Assembly (NCBI GenBank): GCA_951406725.2 | Contig: OX597819.1 | Coordinates: 25,730,001 to 25,794,000 of the forward strand | Direction: 5' to 3' | Source of the DNA: Octopus vulgaris | Taxonomy: Eukaryota | DNA: 64,000 nucleotides | Shown here: positions 1 through 11,616 of the stretch, in pieces | Layout of the letters: the number at the start of each line of letters is the position of its first letter | How positions within the stretch are numbered: position 1 is the first letter of the stretch | The notes under the pieces: generated by a model | What the model was told of the DNA's origin: nothing | What the model saw: the letters and a program-made list of their open reading frames with translations, nothing else | Databases searched by the model: none | Position numbers and translations under genes: made by a program

Positions 1-1212
1 TGATTCATAAGTTATAAGATTTACATTTCGCTCCAGGTTAGCTGCTGGCGGCATTATGGAGTGTTGCTAGTAGTTCCCAAGCATTGGCGAAGTGAGAATT
101 CTTGTGGTGACGAATTGGTGGATTAAAGCATAAAAAATACAAAGAATCTAATGTAATTGGCTGGAGGGAAGGTTTGTGGAATTGGATTAACATGTCCTGA
201 TGCGTGTGGAGACCTTTGATAGCTGGCTATGGCAGTCAAGCGTGAAAGAGTGGTCCTTAGACTTGATGGCTTCTTACACCGACACACATACAGACACACA
301 GATATATATATATATATATATGTATATACGGACGAAGACAAGCACTCACACAAAATCGACGCATTCACGCACCCAAGCAAATAATACATGCACACACACA
401 TATAGAGTAATGCCTCGATATACGAGTTAATTCATTCCCGGAGAGCGCTCGTAAAGCGAAAACTCGTAAACAAAATAAACTCCTAAAATGTAAACCTGGG
501 ATCCCATAATGTGGGTCCTCGTAAAGTGAGGTATTACTGTGTGTATACATATATATATATATATATATATATCCCCCCTCTCATTTTCCTTCTTTTTTAC
601 CGCTCCCCCTTCCTCATATTCCTTGGCCCTCTCTTTAACTCTCACTATTTCCACACGGTTATCCCCCCTTTACCTTTCTCTTAATCTCGGATTTTTTCTA
701 ATCCTTCAGGCCCGCTGCCTCCTACCCATTTCTCCTCCTGCCCGGGCAGCCATGCTCTTTCGTTTTTGGACTGACTGCCGACCGACAACACCTCGTGTCC
801 GTCTCCCATTTTCCTGCCTTTAGGCTTTCACTTTATACACGCCAGCTCAATTTGATTCTTTCTCAGTCGAAAGACGCCTGTTGTTATTTCTTGTTTGTAT
901 TCGTAATTGTGTACCATGCTCTGCGCTTTTTGTTTATTTATTTTTCTTTTTGTCTTTGTTGCCGTACATATTCGCTAGCTTTCTTACAAACGAGTCTAGT
1001 GCTCTTAGCTTAGAGTTTTTGGCAGGTAACCAGATCGATCCATCTCAAGCGTAACTACCCGAAATGGTCGTGACTTTTGGGACTTGAGTGATGAAAGGAA
1101 GCCAAGAAGATTCATCTTTTTTACCTGTCCTTCTAATTGTTGTTTCTCTTGTCCACCTTTGTATCATCTATCTGTCCGAACGTTTTAATACCCTCTATTG
1201 CGTTTTTATTCC

Positions 1213-1259
<47 letters not shown>

Positions 1260-1377
1260 CATTTATACATGCATACATACATACATATATATATATAAAA
1301 CATATGCATATATTCATACATATATGTACATACTTACATCTATATGTATATATATACATGCATATATATATATATAT

Positions 1378-1530
1378 GAGTACATAACACCACAAATAAA
1401 CGTAGAACACAACAAGAAACGAAAATATAAAATCAAACAAGGAAACGGACTTTTTTTAACAACGAAAAAACAGTAGAAAAAACAGTACAAATAAAGAATA
1501 ACAGAACAAGGAAACCAACAATAAGGGACT
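1378..1530 (-). mobile_element. Penelope-like pseudo-LTR fragment
   Basis: Reverse complement resembles 20780-20850 (TTTTTTCGTTGTTA(G)AAAAAAAGT(T/C)CGTTT...TTTCGTTTCT); flanked by (TA)n. Confidence 0.45.
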
Positions 1531-1632
1531 TTTTAGGCCTAGACGGTGGAAAATTTAGTTAGAACGCATGTGAAAAATCGGCTTGCGAAAGACAGAAAAG
1601 TCGATGTATGCTTGTTGAAAGCACGAGCTATA

Positions 1633-1666
<34 letters not shown>

Positions 1667-1899
1667 CATATATATATGTCGTTGCTATTATGTTAAACTG
1701 TCGTATGTCCAAATTTGTCAAAGAGTAGTAAAACGGTGGTGTTGCTATTGATTGGTGAAAGTAACTTTTCGTTTTCCTGAAGCGCAATGTTCTGGACTTA
1801 CGACGCCTTTGCATAATAGCAACTATATGCGAGGCCAGATGAATAATTATCCGGACTGGTGTCATGTAATGAAGCTAATGCACACAGAATAAAGCCGCT

Positions 1900-1995
1900 T
1901 CGTGAAATAATGTGCCTTGCTCAAGAATACAACACACAAATGGGTCTGGGAATCGAACTCGCTAGCTCATGATTGTGAGCTCGACGCTCTAATCC
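1900..1995 (-). mobile_element. tRNA-derived SINE head fragment (family of 14910-15183)
   Basis: Minus strand reads TTAGAGCGTCGAGCTCACAATCATGAG...GAGTTCGATTCCCAGACC (B-box-like), then TTCTTGAGCAAGGCAC. Confidence 0.6.
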
Positions 1996-2057
1996 CTACA
2001 CCAAAGAATAATTAAGAAGCAAGGTCTGCAAATGCTTGCTCTTCAACATATACCTCG

Positions 2058-3617
2058 ATTTTTTTTTCTTTCTACTTTTCAGCTCAGAGCTGCGGCCATG
2101 CTGATGCACCGCCGTTTTGTGGTACACTGTTATTACGACGAACCTCGTCTAATATGTGACACTTGGTGAAGAATGGAGTTTGATAATAGCTACTCTCATT
2201 TACACCTCTTGCCGTGAGGTAGGTTCATCTGGGACTCTTGACAGGAAGACGTCCAGCTTTGATTTAAAAACCGCTACATCTACTTCGTAAAGTTCCTCAG
2301 ACTCTTTGGGAGAATATTAAAACGCTGTGGGCCCTTGAAACATAGGCTGTTGCAGAAGCTGTTCCTGAAGCGTGATGGCATTGCTGGGATCTTTGGCACT
2401 ATGCAGTGTCGTCCCGTTCTAGCATTGGTGTAGCTTACAATACCAAAATTTGGCACAATTCCTTCCATGATCTTCCAGACATATATTACTGCATACCTCT
2501 CCCGTCTTCTCTCCAGGGAGTAGAGTCTTAGCTGTTTCAACCTTTCCTAGTAGCTCAGCTGTTGCAAAGAGATGATCTTTGTAAATCTTCTCTGGATTGC
2601 TTCAAGGTCCGCTGTTAATTTTACACTGGTGGGTGACCATAGCTGTGAGCAGTAATCCAAGCGACTGAGGACGAATGTCCGCCAGAAGACCATCATGGCT
2701 TCCTTATCTCTGGTTCTGAATGTTCTTAGGATCCACCCAGCCAGTCGTCTGCACTTTGTCGCCATCTTGGCAATGTGCACTGGGAAAGAGGTATCATCAT
2801 TCATGTCGATACCCAGGTCTCTCACAGACTTAGGCTCTGGGATTGAAATTCCCTGTGGACCGGTGTATCCTGTAAGTTTAATATTCAGTTTTGGATGCTG
2901 GTAGCGCAGGGCCTGGAATTTTTCAGCATTAAACTGCATATTATTATCCTCAGCCCATCTGTAGATTGAGTCTAACTCCTGCTGCAGGTGTGCAACATCG
3001 CTGGGGTTCTGTATTTTCTGTGAGACTTTCGTATCGTCTGCATAGCTGGCCAGAGTGGCTATCCGGGCATTTGAGGGCATATCTGAGAGGGCCACTATAA
3101 AAAGCAGTGGTCCCAAGACAGTGCCCTGTGGAACACCGCTCACTATTTGTGTGTTCATAGAGGTGGCTCCATTAACCACTACTGCCTGACTCCTATCTTT
3201 CAGGAAGTCATGCAACCACACTCCAAGTTTTCCAGCTATGCCGAGGTCACGTTATTTGTGGCATATCATACCATGATCCACCTTGTCAAAAGCTTTTGCA
3301 AAATCAAGTTAGATTACGTCCACATTTGATTTGTTGAGTAACTGCCTCAACACCCAGTCATAATGCTGTAAGAGCTGGGTCAGGCAGCTCCTACCTGGTC
3401 GAAAACCATGCTGGGTATCACTCAGCAAGTTATTTTCCTCAAGGAATGCGATTTGTTTCTTTCTGACTATCCGTTCCATGACTTTGCTGATGTGTGAAGT
3501 CAGAGAGATAGGCTTATAGTTTTTGGCATCTGCTCTACTTCCCCCTTTATGTATTGGGCATATTATTCCCTCCTTCAGCTTACTTAGCAGTTTGCCATTC
3601 GCAAGAAAGCTCTGGAA
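2058..3617 (-). mobile_element. CR1-group LINE (family A), 5'-truncated, decayed RT with intact 3' end
   Basis: RT motifs NYKPISLTS, QHGFRPGRSC, LDFAKAFDKV, SGVPQGTVLGPLLF, YADD; C-terminus LYSLERRRERY...GPQRFNILP; stops and frameshifts; A-rich tail at ~2058-2080. Confidence 0.93.
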
Positions 3618-4013
3618 GCTTAATTATAGCTGAAACCATTGAGATTATTTATAACTTATAACTTAAGTCAAACATTTATAACACAAATAAAGAATTATGA
3701 GCACATAAAATTTCAGAAAAAGTTACAAGCTATCAGAAAACAGAGTTATATGCACTTGACTGGGACACCTTCATAACACTTTCAATAACAGTAGAGTATA
3801 AAGTTAAGGACCCAAGGCCCACACCGTAGACAGCATTGGAAAGGAAGAAAAAGAATCATGCATAGTGGTTACACTCAATCTAGATAAGAAAATTGAATAC
3901 TTAGCAAGAGGAAATCTTATATCACGTTGAATGTTTACGATGTAAGTATGGCAGTTAATCCTGAAGATGAGTTTAGGATGGACAGTAAATATTGTTCAAT
4001 GAGATAGAATTCA

Positions 4014-4052
<39 letters not shown>

Positions 4053-4304
4053 AAACACTCTCACGCACATACACACACTTACACACACATGCACGCATAC
4101 CAACACACCAAATCGCTCACCTACGCAGATACACCCATATATTTAGCCGATCGTATCTTCAAATTATGAGGAAGAGAATACGTTTTATACGCATTGCAGT
4201 ATTTTATGGCATGTATTACATAACATTGTATGAATTGCATAACATTGTCGGGGATATGGAATAAAAAAAATCTTCCATTTATGAAAACAATTGTAATGTC
4301 AATT

Positions 4305-4981
4305 TGATTGGGTTTTGGAGGGGCGGACATCCGGTGAGAATGAATGATAAAAGATTTCCTAAGCAACTTTCTTGTGGTTAGCTGGAAGATGGAAGGGATC
4401 CGGCACATAAACCCAAAATGTGGCTCAAGGACTGCCTGAAAATTCCTCTGAAACAGACAGGAATTTCAGTTGCTGATTGGGACAGAGAAACGCATGGCTG
4501 AAACGGATGGAGGAAAAGAGTGCAGGTCGGTTGTTCGATGTTTGAAAGAGAGAACGAAGCCCCAGATTAAGTGAAGGCCTAGAAAGAATGAACCTGTGGA
4601 AAATGAGGGAGTGTTGCATTTTATGTGTATCGTTTGTGGGAGGAAATACATGAGACACACAAACCTAGTCAGCCATCAGAGAGCTCACAGGAACCAGCAC
4701 CTTGTAAACAGTGATACGGCTATAATTCACAATAGAGCATGTGCAACCCGTGGAAAGGTCTGGCTCTCAGTTGGAAGATTGAAAAGGCATGATAAAAAAA
4801 TTCATAATGTGGCATCTGCTTCATCTGCCAGCCAGCACACTTGTGCATTATGCGATAGAATGTACAAATCTTTGGTCTGGTCTAAGAGTCATACAAAGGT
4901 CTCACATTGCGTCATCAATGACCTATTTCAACGATTGTTTCTAGCAATGGCTTCGCTCGTACACGAGAAAGCAGTTGCTCT

Positions 4982-5045
<64 letters not shown>
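4305..5045 (+). mobile_element. RTE-clade LINE 3' fragment with C-terminal C2H2 zinc fingers and (TAC)n tail
   Basis: GHPVRMNDKRFPKQL..G*LEDG..KDCLK matches the RTE ORF C-terminus; followed by CxxC...HxxxH motifs (ORF 4596-5069) and a (TAC)n tail at 4982-5045. Confidence 0.8.
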
Positions 5046-5046
<1 letters not shown>

Positions 5047-5061
5047 AACACACACACACAC

Positions 5062-5965
5062 ATAGTTGAAATTTACAGAAAGGCAAAAGATGAAGGCAGG
5101 TGTATGAACAAAAAGCAGGTGTATTAGTTAGACACTCAGAAAAGTTAGAAAGTCTTTTACGTTTCGAGCCTACGCTCTTCAACAGAAAGGCATAAGAGAA
5201 CATAAACAGAGAAAGAATTTTAAGAACTTGTGGATTTAGCGAACAGGCATGGCCGCTGGTTGCGAAAGAAATGGTCTGACAGGAGAGATAGAACGAAGGG
5301 GAGATAATAAATGTGTCAATAGGGGCTAGTGATTTTGATGTGTAGATGTGTGTGTGTAAGTGTGTGCGTCTGTAATGTGTGGGTATGAGGATGATGCTGT
5401 GTTGGTGTGCAAATAATGGTGTGTGGTGTGGGTGACTGTGAGGTGGTCAGTGCTAGTGTGTGTGGCATGGTGTGGGGTGGTTGTGGTGGTGTGGTTGTGG
5501 TGGTGTGTGGTGTGGAAGTGTGGTTTTGTGGGGTGTGGGTGAGGATGTGGGGGACGCGGGTGTTGGGTGGAAGTGCAGGCAGGGGTGGTGTATGTGAAGA
5601 GAAAATGTGAGTAGGAGTGAAGAGAATGTGTCAGAGTAAGAGAGGAGAGGAGAGGTGGGTAAGAGTGAAGAGAGGAAGTAGGTATCAGGTGAAAAGAGGA
5701 GAGGAGTGGAGTTAGATGAAGAGAGGGGCGAGGTGAGCCCATGTGTCGCAAAGGAGCGAAGAGAAAAGATTAATTCCTGTTCACGGCGACGGCGAGTGAC
5801 CGGATGGCCTCTTGTATAAAGACTATCCGAACACAGACAAGTGTTGTAGTGAATGACCGGTAGAGCAGGGTGTCACTGCCTAGTCTGAGGTTTCGGAGGT
5901 CTTCCGCGAACAGGTCAGCCAAGCGGCGTTCCATCTGACCGATGTACAGAGAAGGGGAGAAAGAG
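5062..5965 (-). mobile_element. Penelope-like element 3' part (GIY-YIG endonuclease remnant, low-complexity UTR, pseudo-LTR)
   Basis: SLYIGQMERRLADLFAEDLR (YIG motif) and RREQELIFSLRSFATHGL; hammerhead-like motif at 5154-5189. Confidence 0.85.
5154..5189 (-). ncRNA. Minimal type I hammerhead-like motif (A6U variant)
   Basis: Minus strand: cttt-CTGTTGA-A-GAGC-gtag-GCTC-GAA-ACGT-A-aaag; stem I cttt/aaag, stem II GAGC/GCTC, palindromic ACGT. Confidence 0.55.
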
Positions 5966-6439
5966 CTCTTTGACTTCGAGCTCTCGTCCAATTTGTACTT
6001 AAAACGAACAATTGTTATTCAGCACGACAAGGAACATAAAACCAAAATAGATAGGAAAACAATAGCAAACGTTTATACTATATAGAATTTATCCCCAAAA
6101 TAGATGATTATTGATGGAAGACATAAACTGAGTGCAACAGAGGTCTAACTGAAAGAAGCACTAAAAGGAAATAAAAAAACTGAAACTTTACACTGATGTA
6201 CATACACAGACACACACATACAGGCATATGCGCGCGCGCGTTTGTATACGTGCATATATTCGTATATACCAGTCAAGTTGCGGCTGTTTATTTAAAAGTT
6301 TGTAGCTATTCAATAAATACAGATCGATAAGTAAGTTTCAGACTGAAAAAAATGTCCTGGAGTTGATATGATTGACTGATCGATTGAAACGTTTGAAAGC
6401 ACTGGTACGGTCCACTGAGTAAAATCACTTAGAATAATA

Positions 6440-6662
6440 ATAATTGTCTCAATTTTTGGCTCATAGCCAACAGAGTTCGGGATGGTCTTGTGCCGATTAT
6501 GTTGATATTAGTACTAGATTAGCACTTCATTTTATCAATTCCGAAATGATGGAAGGGGAAGTTGACCACGTCGGGATTCGAACATAGAAGTTTAAGAGCC
6601 GAAGCATATAACGTTTAGCGATTTTTTTGACGCTCTCATGATGTTAATAGCCCTCTGCCTTA
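6440..6662 (-). mobile_element. Degraded MetaSINE-like SINE
   Basis: Diverged match to the family at 6690-6892. Confidence 0.55.
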
Positions 6663-6689
6663 CTAACAATGGTGGTGACAGTAATAATA

Positions 6690-6892
6690 ATTTTGCTACA
6701 AGGGAAACCATTTTGGAGTAGGGGTCAGTCGATTAGATCGACTCCAGTGAGCAACTGGTATTTAATTAATCGACCCCGAAAGGATGAAAGGCAGAGTCGA
6801 CCTCGGCGGAATTTGAACTCAGAACATAACGGCAGACGAAATACGGCTACGCATTTCGCCCGGCGTGCTAACGTTTCTGCCAGCTCGCCGCC
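6690..6892 (-). mobile_element. MetaSINE-like tRNA-derived SINE
   Basis: Head GGCGGCGAGCTGGCAGAAACG, B-box GAGTTCAAATTCC, core GCCTTTCATCCTTTCGGGGTCGAT resembling the Meta domain; many copies in the window. Confidence 0.85.
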
Positions 6893-6917
6893 TGAACAGT
6901 AATTATGATAATGATGG

Positions 6918-7192
6918 CAAGAGCACTCAGAGAGCACAAACCTTCACCAAGGCCACAGCAACGTCTTCTCAACGATTAGCCACTGACGATTTTAAAATGA
7001 GAATATCTGAAATAAACTCGATTGCTCTAACAAACGAGAATACTAAAAATTAACCCACCGCTCTTAAAAATTAAGTAAAGAAACAGGAAAAATAATCCAG
7101 AATCCTTGTCCGGTATGGGATCAATTCCAGAATCTAATCACTTCGTGCCAGTCACGACTGTAAACCTTTGCGTTCGCCAAGGTGGAGGTAAT
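6918..7192. mobile_element. HINE/Helentron-associated non-autonomous element
   Basis: Ends CAAGAGCACTCAGAGAGCACAAACCTTCACCAAGG and CCAAGGTGGAGGTAAT (short sub-terminal inverted motif); internal CCAGAATC repeats. Confidence 0.6.
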
Positions 7193-7204
7193 AATAATAA
7201 TGAT

Positions 7205-7398
7205 TTCAAATGTTGGCACAAGGCCAAAAATTTTGAAGCAGGGGGAAAGTTGATTACATCGACCCTAGTTTTATTGACGCCGAAAGGATGAAAGGCAAAG
7301 TCGACCTCGGCGGAATTTGAACTCAGAATGTAAAGATGGGCGAAAAGCCGCTAAGTATTTTGCCCGACGTTCTAAAGATTCTGCTAGCTCACCACCTT
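7205..7398 (-). mobile_element. MetaSINE-like SINE
   Basis: Plus strand GAAAGGATGAAAGGCAAAGTCGACCTCGGCGGAATTTGAACTCAGAA core. Confidence 0.85.
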
Positions 7399-7400
7399 GA

Positions 7401-7465
<65 letters not shown>

Positions 7466-7492
7466 AATAGAAAAATAATGATGATGATGATG

Positions 7493-7850
7493 ATTTATTC
7501 TTTTATTCGACACAAGGGCTCACATAAAATAACATTAAAACATGCAACATTAAAGACAAAAACAGGACGATACAATGGGTTTTCGCGTGTACAGAATGTA
7601 ATAAAAAATTGAACAAATTAAAACTCCCAATAGGGGAAGAACTTTAAGGTCCTTGCGGAAAAAAACCCACAAAAGCCACTGGGTGCCTGAAGAACAGGGC
7701 AAGGGCCCTTCTTTTTTTACAGGTGCACGCTCAGAATTTGTCCTTTCACACTGGCTATTCTTCTAACATTCACCCACCTTTCAACAAATTTGCTACAAGG
7801 CAACACTTACCTCTCCACCCTCAACTTCACTTTCTAGTGAAAAGCTCTCA
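7493..7850 (-). mobile_element. L1/Tx1-like LINE 3' end
   Basis: Minus translation KLRVER*VLPCSKFVERWVNVRRIASV resembles an L1/Tx1 ORF2 C-terminus; 3' UTR ends GCCCTTGTGTCGAATAAAAGAATAAA. Confidence 0.6.
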
Positions 7851-7912
7851 TCAACTTTTACAAGATGAGAAGTGACATAGATAACTCAAGAGAAGTCAGG
7901 ATAATAAAAATG

Positions 7913-7975
<63 letters not shown>

Positions 7976-7977
7976 TA

Positions 7978-8118
7978 GGCACTGCACACATCCTACGCAG
8001 AACACTTTCCATACAATAACCATCAGAGCATCACAACAAATCACAGCACATACCCAAGGCACACAGAGCTGCGCTCGGTAGTGAAGTGAAAGCACGCTAT
8101 AAAAATAAAACTACTGAA
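7978..8118 (+). mobile_element. R4/Dong-like retrotransposon 3' end in (TAA)n
   Basis: GTAHILRRTLSIQ* plus 3' UTR, flanked by TAA repeats; near-identical to 55900-56060. Confidence 0.75.
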
Positions 8119-8132
8119 TAATAATAATAATA

Positions 8133-8206
<74 letters not shown>

Positions 8207-8207
<1 letters not shown>

Positions 8208-8395
8208 ATCCTTTCTCCTATAGACACAAGACCTAGACCTGAACTTTTGATGGAGGGGAATACTCGATTTTATTGACCCCAAAGCTCAATAGGTTCTTAC
8301 TTATTCTACGCCGAAAGGAAGAAAAGCAAAGCTGACCTCAGCGGAATTTGTACTCAGAACATGAAGACGGATGAAAATGCTAAGCTCTCTGCCTT
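8207..8395 (-). mobile_element. MetaSINE-like SINE (degraded)
   Basis: GAAAGGAAGAAAAGCAAAGCTGACCTCAGCGGAATTTGTACTCAGAA. Confidence 0.7.
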
Positions 8396-8910
8396 CATAA
8401 GAATAACAAAAACAATAAGAACAATAGAGATACAGAATAATACAAAGAACCATTAAAGACGATGTCTCACAAAGGAATCTGTGATAAACAGACAAGGTAG
8501 ACCAAGACGTTTGAATAACTGAAAGACACTTTAAAATACATGTGCGGAAATTGAAAAAAATATAGGACAAAACTTTATGTGTAAATGAAGTTTAAAGTAC
8601 GTTAATGCACCCAATAATTCAGTCTAGACATTTATATAAAAATATACGTTTCCACCTTGGTTGGAACGTCTACAGTATTCTTCCTTCTTCTATTGTGTGC
8701 TGGAAATACCACATCTTCCGTAAGTAGCTGCAGCGTTGATACTGGGCGCGAAAGTGATCACGCCTTCTGGATCGTTCAAATATAATATGCGTTAGGTTCA
8801 ACTCAAATTTAAAATACTATTTTGCCCTTTTACCGTTGTATTTTTTTCTGCATTTGAAATGTGATCACATTTCTTTCTCGACGCCTACTTCGTTCAGGTA
8901 TTCCTTGTGC

Positions 8911-8983
<73 letters not shown>

Positions 8984-9243
8984 GTGTGTGTGTGCGTGTG
9001 TGTGTGTGTATGTGTGTGTGTGTGTGTGTATGTACACACATATATATATATAATATTCATTTATAGGTATATATTATTCAGGTGGTTACTGTGTTTCCTC
9101 TTAATTCAGTAACAGATGATGGCTAACCACAACGGTCCTTTTCTGATACCAGAGCTAACAATAAGCTGTTAGGCTCTGGTAACTTTTCTCGTTTGGCAAA
9201 TCCGAATTTCCTGTTCAGGACTGTAGATTTTCCGTAAAGTATG

Positions 9244-9403
9244 TAATAGTATTAATAATGATAAGGAAAACGGACATTTTTCATATCTCTAGCCGATGGA
9301 GTTGAAACGTGCGTAGGTCCAGTAAAGAATGCTGTAAATAACTGTTAAATAAAGTTATGGATGTGTAAAATCTCCGTTGTCCTTATCATTATTAATACTA
9401 TTA
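9244..9403. repeat. Imperfect inverted repeat (~44-bp arms), probably PLE pseudo-LTR derived
   Basis: TAATAGTATTAATAATGATAAGGAAAACGGACATTTTTCATATC pairs with GATGTGTAAAATCTCCGTTGTCCTTATCATTATTAATACTATTA; GAAACGTGCGTAG lies between the arms. Confidence 0.7.
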
Positions 9404-9427
9404 TTAATAAATTATTAATATTATTAT

Positions 9428-9480
<53 letters not shown>

Positions 9481-9485
<5 letters not shown>

Positions 9486-10510
9486 TTAGAGATAAAACCA
9501 CTATTAGGCAAATCAAACAGTGAAAATCATAAGCCAATACATAGAAAAATTAATTAAAAAAATATAAAATATAAGAATATAGAAAATATAAAATTCCAAA
9601 TTAAAATATTTAAATTAAAGTTAAAATTTTAAAAATTATTCAAATGATTTAAACTTATAAATTTTAAATATATATATATATATATATATATATTATTATT
9701 ATTATTTTTTAAAAAATTATATGACTATCAAAAAGTATTAGAAGTTTATTATAAGATAAAGAGTAGAAACACAACGATCGTTTCATGCCTGTAACCAATT
9801 CGAATAACAATAATTTAAATTCAATTAATAATTCGAATTATGGTTACAGTCAATCTTCAGGTTAATTGTAATATTTTAATAAATAATCAGAAATATTTAA
9901 ACAATATTTTAAAGAAATAAATAATATAATAATTTTACTTATAAAAAACTCTATTATCAAACTAGAAACTTAACGATTATGATTATATTAAAACATCGAT
10001 TATAACGTTAAATATTAATTTTATTTTTTAAGTATTAATTTTTAAGGTAAGAAACCCACCAATAATCTAATATCAGTAATAGTCAATATCTAATTACATA
10101 AATATTTTATATTTTACAAAAAACTATTATATTATAAAAAATATAAAATTTAAATAATATATAAATTATCAATGAAAATATATAAATGTATATAAATATT
10201 TAAATTAAGATCTAAAATAATCTCTATAAATAAATATATAAGCACATATAATAAAGACCTAATGAATTAATTTTTCATATTTAAAGATGAAATAGCTAAT
10301 TTCAAAAATACAAACAAACAATCTTAAACTAACGCTACAGCAAATTAACTATCTTTATATCTCGTTGGCTAAATGATAACTTTCAGAAATCTTATATTTA
10401 AAATACCTAAAGAAATAATCAATTCGTAGTTATATAGTATCAAATAAATACTATAAATATATTTATCAATGGGAATAATAAAACTAGCAAATTTCAAATT
10501 TAAAAAGACA
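9481..10510 (-). mobile_element. Extremely AT-rich decayed Penelope-like element
   Basis: Hammerhead motif at 9773-9860; terminal segment AAATTAGAGATAAAACCACTATTAGGCAAATCAAACAGTGA recurs at 46979-47020. Confidence 0.6.
9773..9860 (-). ncRNA. Hammerhead-like motif with long stem II
   Basis: Minus strand: CTGAAGA - long hairpin (CTGTAACCA..ATTCGAAT / ATTCGAATTGGTTACAG) - GAA-ACGATCGT-T with a perfectly palindromic stem III; stem I weak. Confidence 0.55.
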
Positions 10511-10535
10511 ATACATATATATATATATATGTATA

Positions 10536-11616
10536 CACTATGACTGGGTGCTGAAACGACTGCTCAACGACTCAAATGTGGAAGTCATATATCTCGACTT
10601 TGCAAAGGCCTTTGATAAAGTCGACAATGGAATGATATGCCACAAACTGCGTGATCTTGGCATAGTTGGAAAATTGGGAGAATGACTTCATGACTTTCTG
10701 AAGGATAGAAGTCAGGTGGTAGTAGCCAATGGGGCCACTTCCATTAACACGCAAATAGTGAGCGGTGTTCCACAAGGCACTGTTTTGGGACCACTACTGT
10801 TCATAATGGCCCTCTCAGACATGCTCTCAGCCACGCAGAGAGCCACGATCACAAGTTATGCAGATGATACAAAAGTTTCACAGGCAGTACAGAACCCTGA
10901 AGACACTAAGCACCTGCAATGTGAGCTGGACAAAATATACAAGTGGGCTGAAAAAAATAGCATGCAGTTCAATGCTGAAAAGCTTCAAGCTTTATGCTAT
11001 CAGCATGCAAACTAAATGCAATACCCAATAAATACACTGGACCTGGAAGGATTGCAATCCCAGAGGCACAATCAGTGCGAGACCTGGGTATTTACAATAG
11101 TGAGGATGCAACCTTTCATGTGCATGTTGCTAAATTGGCAATGAAATGTAGGCGGCTGACCGGATGGATTCTTAGAACCTTTAGAACAAGAGACCAGGAA
11201 ACCATGATGGTCCTCTGGAGAACACTTGTCCTAAGCCACTTTGACTATTGCTCTCAGCTATGGTCACCATCCAGTGTCAAGTTAATCACAGAACTTGAGG
11301 CGATCCAACGAAGCTACACGAAGAAGATAGCCTCTGTGCAGTATATAAGCTATTGGGAAAGACTCAAGAAATTGAGACTCTATTCCTTAGAGCGTAGGCG
11401 AGCAAGATATGCCATAATATACATCTGGAAGATCCTAGAAGGACTTGTCCCAAACTTTGGCATCGAGAGTTACACAAATGCCAGAACTGGGCGCCACTGC
11501 GTGGTGCCAAGGACTCCAAATTTGCCATCAAGATGTAGGACAAGATACTGTGATAGCCTGGGCTTCCGAGGCCCACAGCTCTTCAATATCCTCCCGAAGA
11601 ACCTAAGAGACCTGCA
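10536..11616 (+). mobile_element. CR1-group LINE (family A) second copy, truncated at both ends
   Basis: YLDFAKAFDKVD, SGVPQGTVLGPLLF, YADD, LYSLERRRARY, GPQLFNILPKNLRDL; clearly homologous to 2058-3617; lacks the family 3' end. Confidence 0.93.

Noticed and set aside
421-468. Hairpin with hammerhead-like flavour (CCGGAGA-G-CGCT..AGCG-AAA)
   Set aside because: The core deviates at several positions and stem I is inconsistent; at most a decayed PLE remnant.
4596-5069. Host C2H2 zinc-finger gene
   Set aside because: It is contiguous with an RTE ORF remnant and its simple-repeat tail; fingers are degenerate and lack TGEKP linkers.
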